Of a DNA stretch of 64,000 bases, positions 55,510 to 64,000 are shown piece by piece. The stretch comes from a virus. A model generated the notes under the pieces. The model was given only the letters and a program-made list of their open reading frames with translations. It was not told where the DNA came from and did no database searches. The stretch lies in the IMG/VR virus record IMGVR_UViG_3300050343_000182. One strand, given 5' to 3'. Numbering within the stretch: the first letter of the stretch is position 1; each line of letters opens with the position of its first letter. A program made the translations under genes and the position numbers.

Positions 55510-56103
55510 ATGGATAGACTAGACATGAGACCACTTGTAATGGTAACAGCAATGCTGCCACTGCTTATGGCATGTACTTCTTCTGCTCCTCACAAAGTTG
55601 AAGCAGCAGGACTGAGACCTACAAAGATCTTAGAGACTAAATGGGAGTGTGAAGATTGCTCCCCTGAAGAGACAAAAGTCGTAGCGTATTTACAAACACC
55701 ATCAGTAAATATCAAAGACAAAAATGCTATTGCTACAATTCTTGGCAACATTAGACAGGAGTCTAATTTCACTGCCAATATATGCGAGGGAGGTGCTAGA
55801 GTTTCTTACCACGATTGTCATCGGGGTGGTTATGGCATCATTCAGTGGACCAGCGTAAACCGCTACGTCAACCTCGGCAAATTTGCCAATAAGTTTGAGT
55901 GTGATCCCTCCACATTCGACTGCCAACTTCGTTACATGGTTAACGAGAATATATTTCAGCGTCAACTTCCATACTTCCAATCGAATGGAATGAGTATTGC
56001 ATACTATATGCAACCTTCTTATCGTTGGTTGGGATGGGGCATCAAAGGTAACCGTGAAGTATATGCTTGGGATTATCTAAATAAACTCAGGTTGGATGCA
56101 TGA
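55510..56103 (+). CDS. Phage-tail-lysozyme-like muramidase with predicted lipoprotein signal
   Basis: ATILGNIRQESNF, GGYGIIQWT, QLRYM; lipobox LMA|C. Confidence 0.72.
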   Translation: MDRLDMRPLVMVTAMLPLLMACTSSAPHKVEAAGLRPTKILETKWECEDCSPEETKVVAYLQTPSVNIKDKNAIATILGNIRQESNFTANICEGGARVSYHDCHRGGYGIIQWTSVNRYVNLGKFANKFECDPSTFDCQLRYMVNENIFQRQLPYFQSNGMSIAYYMQPSYRWLGWGIKGNREVYAWDYLNKLRLDA

Positions 56104-56106
56104 GTC

Positions 56107-56262
56107 ATGTATTGCTTAGAGTTTTACTGGGATGGTAACTGGGTTAAGTTAAAAAACTACTCCAACCTATCCCTACACAAGGCTCAATTTCTTCTGCACC
56201 TGTGTGAAGCAGGGCAGAAGGCATTCCAAACTAAAAAAGAATTCAGGATGATTGCTCAATGA
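56107..56262 (+). CDS. 51-aa hypothetical protein (not in ORF track)
   Basis: MYCLEFYWDGNWVKLKNYSNLSLHKAQFLLHLCEAGQKAFQTKKEFRMIAQ; ATGA-coupled to the next ORF. Confidence 0.55.
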   Translation: MYCLEFYWDGNWVKLKNYSNLSLHKAQFLLHLCEAGQKAFQTKKEFRMIAQ

Positions 56263-56564
56263 TTGAAGACTGGCGCTATGACGACGGCAAGATGGCAGAG
56301 AGACAGATTTGTCTGACTGCATTTATTCATAAGCAAATCCCCATAAATAGAGAAGTGTATGAGTTCTGTCACTACTATGTGTCGAATGGGTTGCTTAATG
56401 TCCCATCCACCCAGCAAGGATTAGAAGAAGCATTGTCTACCCATGGCGGAGACCTCTATGCTTTCGTTGGTGAGAATCTCTTCAAAGAATTTTCTAAATA
56501 TCAATCCATTAATGGAAGAAAAGAAACAACTCTCAACAAAGAAAGCAGTAAAGAAACTACTTAA
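56259..56564 (+). CDS. Hypothetical protein
   Basis: MIEDWRYDD...REVYEFC. Confidence 0.65.
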   Translation: MIEDWRYDDGKMAERQICLTAFIHKQIPINREVYEFCHYYVSNGLLNVPSTQQGLEEALSTHGGDLYAFVGENLFKEFSKYQSINGRKETTLNKESSKETT

Positions 56565-56649
56565 AGGAGCAAAGAAACATCCCAATTGGTATACACCAGA
56601 GGAAGTTTTGTATGCTAAGATGATTAAAAAGACACTGAAAAAAAAGTAA
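56512..56649 (+). CDS. 45-aa Lys-rich peptide
   Basis: KKAVKKLLKGAKKHPNWYTPEEVLYAKMIK. Confidence 0.6.
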   Translation: MEEKKQLSTKKAVKKLLKGAKKHPNWYTPEEVLYAKMIKKTLKKK

Positions 56650-56650
56650 C

Positions 56651-58120
56651 ATGCGTATTGTGATTGTCGGTGGTGGTACATCTGGTTGGATGACTGCCGC
56701 CGCTTTTTGTAAAACTTTCCCTAACTGGGACATCACTATGATCAATGGTGGTGATGCCATCGGTGTAGGTGAAAGCACTACGCCACACATCAATCAGTAT
56801 CTTGATTACATGGGGATCACTGATGAAGTATTCCTCCCTGCAGCACGAGCAACATTCAAATCCTCTTCAAGGTTTGATGGTTTCGTGAAGGAGGGTGAAG
56901 TATTTCACTATCCCAATGGACAGTCAGTCGCAAAACATATAAAATTTCAAGAGTGGATGCTCGCCAAAGCATTTCATCCAGAGAATCTACCACCCTTCTC
57001 CCAAGTATTCATGCCATTCACGGCGGTGGCAGAGGCAGGGCGACTACCACTGAATAAAAATATCCTAGGACCATATGACCTCGCTAAAGACAGATCATTC
57101 CATATTAACGGAGCAGCCTTCTCCAACTTTCTCAGAGACACCTTCTGCAAAGATCTTAAGGTGGTTAATAGCACAGTTAAGTCTGTTGCTACTAAAGGAA
57201 GGAACATCGAGCACGTCGTGGTCACAGGTGGACCATACAAACTCGGGGGAGAAAAGATTTTTGGTGATCTCTTTATCGACTGTAGTGGGCAGCAAGCAGT
57301 TGTCGGGGGGGCGCTTAGCAAGTGGAAACCCTACGATTCAATTGTAACTGACAGCGCACTCGTAGTTAAGACTGACTACACTGATCGTGAGACCGAGATG
57401 GTCCCCTACACCAACGCTAAAGCAATGACTGCTGGTTGGCAGTGGACCATCCCTACCTATGACTTCCTCAGCAGGGGATATGTATTCTGCTCAAAGTTTC
57501 AGAGCGAAGAGGATGCCCGTAAAGAATTCGGATACGATGATGCACGTCTGATCAAGTTTGAAAACGGCAGGCATGAGAGAGCATGGACAGGTAACTGTGT
57601 GTCCATCGGACTCTCGTTTGGATTCATTGAGCCGTTAGAATCTACAAGTCTCTTCAACACACACCATGGCATCCTTGCTCTCATGGACCTCCTACAGGAG
57701 GCACCTCTGCCTGGACAATTCCAGCGTGATCGCTTCAACCATAACCTCACTGAGCATATGGACGGATGGCGTGAGTTTGTAGAGGCACACTACTATTACA
57801 GTCGCCGTCGTGACACACCTTTCTGGAGTCATGTCAGCGATGAGATAGAGTATGATCTCACAGGAACCCATGAAGCCATTCAGTATATTATGAATGGCAA
57901 CGAAGCCATTTCCCATGGTGGCACACAGGTCCTTCACATCCTTGCAGGATCAGGTTATACTACAGTCAACAAGCGACTCACTGAATACTTCAAGTATCCA
58001 GAGCTTGTTACTCGTCGCAAAGTCGATGACTGGGCATATGAGCACCAACTTGTGCTACAATATGCCAAGACATGTCCTCCTATGTCGGTTTTCTTGGAGT
58101 CCACCTTCGATTACACTTGA
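56651..58120 (+). CDS. prnA: Flavin-dependent tryptophan-halogenase-like protein (PrnA family)
   Basis: IVGGGTSGW, GVGEST, FIDCSG, halogenase WxWxIP motif (GWQWTIP), FIEPLEST. Confidence 0.88.
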   Translation: MRIVIVGGGTSGWMTAAAFCKTFPNWDITMINGGDAIGVGESTTPHINQYLDYMGITDEVFLPAARATFKSSSRFDGFVKEGEVFHYPNGQSVAKHIKFQEWMLAKAFHPENLPPFSQVFMPFTAVAEAGRLPLNKNILGPYDLAKDRSFHINGAAFSNFLRDTFCKDLKVVNSTVKSVATKGRNIEHVVVTGGPYKLGGEKIFGDLFIDCSGQQAVVGGALSKWKPYDSIVTDSALVVKTDYTDRETEMVPYTNAKAMTAGWQWTIPTYDFLSRGYVFCSKFQSEEDARKEFGYDDARLIKFENGRHERAWTGNCVSIGLSFGFIEPLESTSLFNTHHGILALMDLLQEAPLPGQFQRDRFNHNLTEHMDGWREFVEAHYYYSRRRDTPFWSHVSDEIEYDLTGTHEAIQYIMNGNEAISHGGTQVLHILAGSGYTTVNKRLTEYFKYPELVTRRKVDDWAYEHQLVLQYAKTCPPMSVFLESTFDYT

Positions 58121-58145
58121 CAAGGTGTTGAAAACCATATATAGT
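58117..58145 (+). promoter_or_regulatory. Sigma70-type promoter of psbA
   Basis: TTGACA-N17-TATAGT. Confidence 0.75.
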
Positions 58146-58171
58146 ATGGACGGTCGTTACACAACGACACA

Positions 58172-58291
58172 CTTGACGCCTCACCAAGACTAAACAGCGT
58201 CATTAAATAACAGTCTTTCATACCTGCTGCTGAGGGTGCAACAGGCATATTATATTAGTGTTTCCCTGCACTCATACCTACCCTAATTTCA
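58172..58291 (+). ncRNA. Structured psbA leader, PhotoRC-II-like
   Basis: cagtctttcatacc...ctgagggtg... directly upstream of phage psbA; recognised from memory of the family. Confidence 0.5.
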
Positions 58292-59372
<1,081 letters not shown>

Positions 59373-59394
59373 TCACTCAACTTGTGGTATAATA

Positions 59395-59420
59395 AAGGGG
59401 TCTACGGACCCCTTTTCTTT
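59395..59420 (+). terminator. Terminator after psbA
   Basis: aaggggtc-tacg-gacccctt followed by ttcttt. Confidence 0.85.
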
Positions 59421-59441
59421 TCTTCATTACTGTAAAGTTTT

Positions 59442-59663
59442 ATGTCTACTGATCTAATCGAATTGCTCACTTACTATGTGATCGGTGGTGCTTTAATCAT
59501 TGGTCCTCCTGCTATCTTCCTTATCATTGCTATGATGGGTGCTATCCAAAATACAAAAGGTCGCATGGTTGGATACAAAGATCATAAAATGTATGGTGAC
59601 ATCTCATTCTACGAGAATGCACCTAGTGATCAAACAAAATTCTATTTGGAACTAAACAACTAA
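59442..59663 (+). CDS. Small single-TM protein
   Basis: YYVIGGALIIGPPAIFLIIAMMG. Confidence 0.7.
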   Translation: MSTDLIELLTYYVIGGALIIGPPAIFLIIAMMGAIQNTKGRMVGYKDHKMYGDISFYENAPSDQTKFYLELNN

Positions 59664-59674
59664 GGTAAAATTCA

Positions 59675-60730
59675 ATGACGACTGCTACACTACAACAACA
59701 ACGGAGGGGTTGGTTTGATATCCTTGATGACTGGCTTAAACGGGATCGCTTTGTCTTTGTGGGTTGGTCTGGAATACTTCTTCTTCCCACTGCTTATCTT
59801 GCCATTGGTGGTTGGCTTACTGGCACAACTTTTGTCACGAGTTGGTACACCCACGGACTTGCTACTTCCTATCTTGAGGGTGCTAATTTTCTTACGTCAG
59901 CTGTCTCAACGCCTGCTGACGCTATGGGTCATTCTCTTCTTCTACTTTGGGGTCCTGAAGCTCAGGGGGATTTCGTCCGCTGGTGCCAACTTGGGGGACT
60001 CTGGGCTTTCGTGGCTCTCCACGGTGCCTTCGCTCTCATTGGTTTCATGCTTAGACAGTTTGAGATCGCTCGTCTAGTTGGTATCCGTCCCTACAATGCT
60101 ATTGCGTTCTCTGGTCCTATTGCTGTCTTTGTCAGCGTATTCCTTCTGTATCCACTGGGTCAGTCTTCATGGTTCTTTGCACCTAGTTTCGGGGTAGCAG
60201 CAATCTTTAGATTCCTACTCTTCCTGCAAGGTTTCCACAACTGGACCCTCAACCCCTTCCATATGATGGGTGTTGCTGGTATACTGGGTGGAGCATTGCT
60301 ATGTGCAATCCATGGTGCTACTGTAGAAAACACGCTGTTTGAAGATGGTGAGCAAGCGAATACTTTCAAGGCTTTTGAGCCTACGCAAGAGGAGGAAACT
60401 TACTCGATGGTTACTGCGAACCGTTTCTGGTCACAGATCTTCGGTATTGCTTTTAGTAACAAGCGTTGGTTGCATTTCTTTATGCTATTCGTGCCCGTCA
60501 TGGGTCTCTGGACTTCTTCTATCGGTATTGTTGGACTCGCTCTTAATCTTCGTGCTTACGACTTCGTATCTCAGGAGATTCGTGCAGCGGAGGATCCTGA
60601 ATTCGAGACCTTCTACACCAAGAATATCCTCCTGAATGAAGGACTCCGTGCTTGGATGGCACCTGCTGACCAACCACATGAAAACTTCATCTTCCCTGAG
60701 GAAGTACTACCAAGAGGTAATGCACTGTGA
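59675..60730 (+). CDS. psbD: Photosystem II D2 protein (intact)
   Basis: [47 protein letters not shown]. Confidence 0.99.
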   Translation: MTTATLQQQRRGWFDILDDWLKRDRFVFVGWSGILLLPTAYLAIGGWLTGTTFVTSWYTHGLATSYLEGANFLTSAVSTPADAMGHSLLLLWGPEAQGDFVRWCQLGGLWAFVALHGAFALIGFMLRQFEIARLVGIRPYNAIAFSGPIAVFVSVFLLYPLGQSSWFFAPSFGVAAIFRFLLFLQGFHNWTLNPFHMMGVAGILGGALLCAIHGATVENTLFEDGEQANTFKAFEPTQEEETYSMVTANRFWSQIFGIAFSNKRWLHFFMLFVPVMGLWTSSIGIVGLALNLRAYDFVSQEIRAAEDPEFETFYTKNILLNEGLRAWMAPADQPHENFIFPEEVLPRGNAL

Positions 60731-60972
60731 TTAAATCACTCTTCAGTATTATGTTTGCTGCTCTAATGTGGGTGCAAGTCCCACAGTGGAGTGACGATTG
60801 GTCTAAGTGTGCAGTAGATGTGCCTGACACATCATGTCATTGGTATATCACTGCACCTGATAACACCTTTGGTGAAGGATTCAGTTGGGCTAATGCTCCT
60901 TGGTTTAGTGCCGAGGGTCTTCGTGATGTTGGTGAGTTACACAACACAGTTCAATCTCTTCAGGAGGCATGA
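60727..60972 (+). CDS. Small exported/membrane protein of cyanobacterial type
   Basis: N-terminal hydrophobic segment; [15 protein letters not shown]. Confidence 0.7.
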   Translation: MIKSLFSIMFAALMWVQVPQWSDDWSKCAVDVPDTSCHWYITAPDNTFGEGFSWANAPWFSAEGLRDVGELHNTVQSLQEA

Positions 60973-61175
60973 TGAATAGTTTTGAAGTCTTTCTTTACTT
61001 CACATGCTTCGCTCTCATTGCTGGCGGTGCCTTTGCTCTTATGTATTACAACCTTAAATCTATTTACTGGGGTGCTAGATCTCGGAAACATCCCGAGGCA
61101 CCTCAGATAGGTGAAGAGGTATTGTATGTAGATCTATCCAGAGAAAAACTGGAGAATCTATACAACGATAAATAA
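60969..61175 (+). CDS. DUF2973-like small membrane protein
   Basis: TM helix followed by RKHPEAPQIGEEVLYVD. Confidence 0.65.
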   Translation: MMNSFEVFLYFTCFALIAGGAFALMYYNLKSIYWGARSRKHPEAPQIGEEVLYVDLSREKLENLYNDK

Positions 61176-61230
61176 AGTATCGTCGCCGCTGATGTGGATG
61201 GCAAAATCCATCAAACACATCACACTAAAT

Positions 61231-61258
61231 AGAGGAGCAGCACCCGCTCCTCTTTTTT
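61231..61258 (+). terminator. Terminator-like hairpin overlapping a late promoter (TAAATA 61226-61231)
   Basis: agaggagc-agcaccc-gctcctct followed by ttttt. Confidence 0.65.
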
Positions 61259-61259
61259 A

Positions 61260-64000
61260 ATGTCCGAGCATATTCGTAATCTAGTTGCTCGCTGTTACAA
61301 TGTCACGGGTCCGATTGGTCTGACCCCCAACGCATTGGATGGTGAGAATCCTGCTAGTGAATTTAGACCCGCAGGTGGAACCTCCGAGGGTATACCACCA
61401 ACACTAACACCTTCTGAAGTGATTCAGAATCTGGTGGGTAGATGTTATGGTCCTACTGCACCACCAAACAGTCCCAACCCACTGGACTCGCTCAATATCC
61501 CTGAGCGTCCTGATGCTCCTGAATTTACTCCCCCGCCAACACCTAATGAGGTGATTCAAGATCTGGTTGGGAGATGTTACCCTGCCCTTCCGCCACTACT
61601 ACCACCCCGTCCACCTGACGATTTACCTGATCTCCCTACGATTGTTAACATCGATCCTATTATTTGTTTCGTTGTAGATGAATTAGGTATAGAAATTCCT
61701 GGTCTGAAATGCGGCAATCCCATCACCATCCACTGGCCAACTGGTCCCGAGCCTGATGGTCCATGGATAGGCACTGGTGGTAGCACTGGCGGTGGTCCCC
61801 CTGATGACTGTAAGCGTGTCAGTGAGTTAAGAATTCGTGGCAAAGTAAAAGATATAGGTAATGGATACTGGAAAGTAATTGGAAGTGACCCTGAAGAGAT
61901 ATTGTATTGTCCTTTCTCTAAACCAGAGGATGACGATTGGGCACGATGTGTTAGAAAAACTTTAGAATGTACATTCAAACCATACCTAGGTGGTGGTTGG
62001 ACACCTGCCAAGGCAGACTGTGAAGGATTCCACCCTCGTGGATGGTCTGCTAACAAGACGGAAGTTTGTATCAAGAACTGCTTCCCTGAGAGAGTCCCTG
62101 TCTATGAATCCGAGAATGGTAATGAGTACAACTATCACAATGAGATTGCTGGTCCTTCTGGATACTCTCTGACTGATGGTGATGCTGCATGGTGGTGCCT
62201 AAAGGATAAGGTGCCTGGATCAGCAGGTGGTAGTGGACAAAACGTAGAGCTAATCACTGGTAGCAATTCAGGATTCACAACATCAGAAAAGAATCCACCG
62301 ATCAAAACTACTAACAATGAAGGTGTAGGTAATGGCACCTGGGTTTATAATGAGGGTGGTGCTGACTTCTGGCCTAAGAAAAACCTAGGTTTAAGTAGTG
62401 GCAATGGAAGAAGAGGAGATATCGCACAGCACACTATCAGATATGGTGGTGCTGTGATTAACTTTGAAGTCAGACCTGTATATAATGTAGGCAGTGATGG
62501 TAAGGCAGATGATATTGATAGTGAGTGGAGAGTAACCTCTTGGACTGGTAAACTTCCTGAGTCTGGTGTGGAGATTCCATTTACATTCATGCCTCAGCAG
62601 AATGGTAATGACGGTCAGAGGGTGATGAATATCACTGCATCTATCCTTGGATCTGAGACAAGAGATAGAAGTGTGCCTCTGTTTAAGTACAAAGGTAGCA
62701 ATCCTCATGATTATTTCCTGACCACTAACCCTGGTGCTCCTGATACTCAGGGTGCTGGTGAGAGAGACACCATGAATGGTGCTGGCATGGTCTTCCATAG
62801 TATCCTGGGGTATGTCTTCCAGAAGAAACCCGATGGCATTGAATTCATTGCTGATAAGGAAAAACTGTGGGGACTTCATCGCTTCTACAATCCCTCCACA
62901 GGTGACCATAGGTATACAATTGACCCACAGAACAACACCATCCCTCAGAGGGTCTCACGGAGCAGGTTTGCATACCGTATCCCTCAGAAGGTTACTACTG
63001 ATCTTACCGTCCGTCTGGATGTGGAGAAGGGTAAGGCAGGATACGACAATGCATTTGGTTACTACCTAGCAAATAGCAGTGGTCCTCAGTGGGGCAAGAT
63101 CGTTGTGCCTAGTGCTAAGAATGCTGAAGAGGGTGGTGGTAACGAGACCAACGTCGTCACAATCAGTGTGTCTGAGTTGCAGGCATATAAAGGTGGCACC
63201 ATGGGATTCTTCCTGCTGTCTGATGGTGCTGGTCAAAACAGTCTGAGCACCAACCAGACATTTAATATCAACTCACACTCCAACGGTCATGGTTCTGGAT
63301 TCCGTGGTAGTGGTATTGATACCAAGGAGAATGATTACATCCTCTTCTCAGATAAGGAGTGGAATCCTGAGGACAAGAAGGACTACACCAAGTGGAAGGG
63401 TCCCAACAAACAGATGTGGGAAGACCTTATTGATGGTGACGATGACTATGATGACCTGATCCTTTGGCATACTGTAGAGTTTACTGCTTATCCTGGTTAC
63501 ATTTACGAGGGTATTCAGTGCTATGTGTTTGCAGACAACAGACCTGAGCCTGTGATGCTGAAGATTGATCTGTCTAACCCATGTGATCCTCAGTCATTTA
63601 AGAAAAACTTTAAGGATGTTATCCTCCAACGTCAGGGGTGTGGTAACGATTCACCTATCACATTTGGTGAGTGGGATGAAAACCATGAGTGTGGTAAGTG
63701 TGACGGGGACTACTCAATCTCACAAGGTCGTAACCAAACTATTACTACGATCACAGGTGGTAACTTTAAGTTGAAGTCCTTCGGTGGTATCACTGGTGGT
63801 AGCACAGGTGACTGCATCAGATTCAAAATGAGGATGAAAAAGAATGGATCGGAGATCTTTTCGCAGAGGTATGACGCTGGGGACTGGCCGACTATTGGGC
63901 AAGACCTCTATGATGGCACCATTTCCCTCTCGCCTGGAGACAAACTTAACTTCAAACTGCAGTCAATTATCACTGGTCCACCTACAGGAACGATCACACC
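61260..64000 (+). CDS. Large multidomain virion/fibre-like protein (3'-partial; not in ORF track)
   Basis: Hand translation stays open for 913 codons from ATG 61260 to the edge; Pro-rich N-terminus with 3x (I..)NLVxRCY; LHRFYNPSTGDHRYT (DUF5648-like); GYDNAFGYY...WEDLIDGDDDYDDL (DUF4114-like). Confidence 0.85.
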   Translation, partial: MSEHIRNLVARCYNVTGPIGLTPNALDGENPASEFRPAGGTSEGIPPTLTPSEVIQNLVGRCYGPTAPPNSPNPLDSLNIPERPDAPEFTPPPTPNEVIQDLVGRCYPALPPLLPPRPPDDLPDLPTIVNIDPIICFVVDELGIEIPGLKCGNPITIHWPTGPEPDGPWIGTGGSTGGGPPDDCKRVSELRIRGKVKDIGNGYWKVIGSDPEEILYCPFSKPEDDDWARCVRKTLECTFKPYLGGGWTPAKADCEGFHPRGWSANKTEVCIKNCFPERVPVYESENGNEYNYHNEIAGPSGYSLTDGDAAWWCLKDKVPGSAGGSGQNVELITGSNSGFTTSEKNPPIKTTNNEGVGNGTWVYNEGGADFWPKKNLGLSSGNGRRGDIAQHTIRYGGAVINFEVRPVYNVGSDGKADDIDSEWRVTSWTGKLPESGVEIPFTFMPQQNGNDGQRVMNITASILGSETRDRSVPLFKYKGSNPHDYFLTTNPGAPDTQGAGERDTMNGAGMVFHSILGYVFQKKPDGIEFIADKEKLWGLHRFYNPSTGDHRYTIDPQNNTIPQRVSRSRFAYRIPQKVTTDLTVRLDVEKGKAGYDNAFGYYLANSSGPQWGKIVVPSAKNAEEGGGNETNVVTISVSELQAYKGGTMGFFLLSDGAGQNSLSTNQTFNINSHSNGHGSGFRGSGIDTKENDYILFSDKEWNPEDKKDYTKWKGPNKQMWEDLIDGDDDYDDLILWHTVEFTAYPGYIYEGIQCYVFADNRPEPVMLKIDLSNPCDPQSFKKNFKDVILQRQGCGNDSPITFGEWDENHECGKCDGDYSISQGRNQTITTITGGNFKLKSFGGITGGSTGDCIRFKMRMKKNGSEIFSQRYDAGDWPTIGQDLYDGTISLSPGDKLNFKLQSIITGPPTGTIT

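Noticed and set aside
56651-58120. Secondary-metabolite (pyrrolnitrin) cluster around the halogenase
   Set aside because: No prnB/C/D, flavin reductase or other biosynthetic genes nearby; lone PrnA-like genes are common in cyanophages

Overview
A 64 kb segment of a T4-like marine cyanomyophage (Kyanoviridae-type; a Synechococcus host is likely given psbA/psbD/hli/petF and the moderate GC). Almost all genes are on the + strand. The order is: head-tail module (gp17 3' end, gp18, gp19, gp20, gp21, gp22, gp23, gp3); recombination, transcription and replication core (uvsY, uvsW, gp55, gp47, gp46, VWA/CobS-like pair, gp45, gp44, dam, gp62, regA, gp43, uvsX, gp41, mazG, gp61, nrdA, nrdB); auxiliary genes (hsp20, petF, six 2OG-Fe(II) oxygenases, tRNA-Arg(TCT), two hli, a flavin halogenase-like gene, psbA, psbD); then a >900-codon ORF that runs off the window and is missing from the ORF track. 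Highlights: (1) a nuclease-like / ligase-fold nucleotidyltransferase / NMNAT-like trio after mazG, the last gene starting with a T4 capsid-targeting-like peptide; (2) a regA-hsp20 island of membrane and exported proteins including a late-promoter-driven reverse-strand trio; (3) a tandem or nested glutamine-II (Downstream-peptide)-like riboswitch with a 53-codon ORF inside its stem; (4) a psbA broken by about 11 indels that look like a mixed-allele assembly artefact; (5) several repeated regulatory motifs. All family assignments come from motif recognition by eye; no database searches were run.
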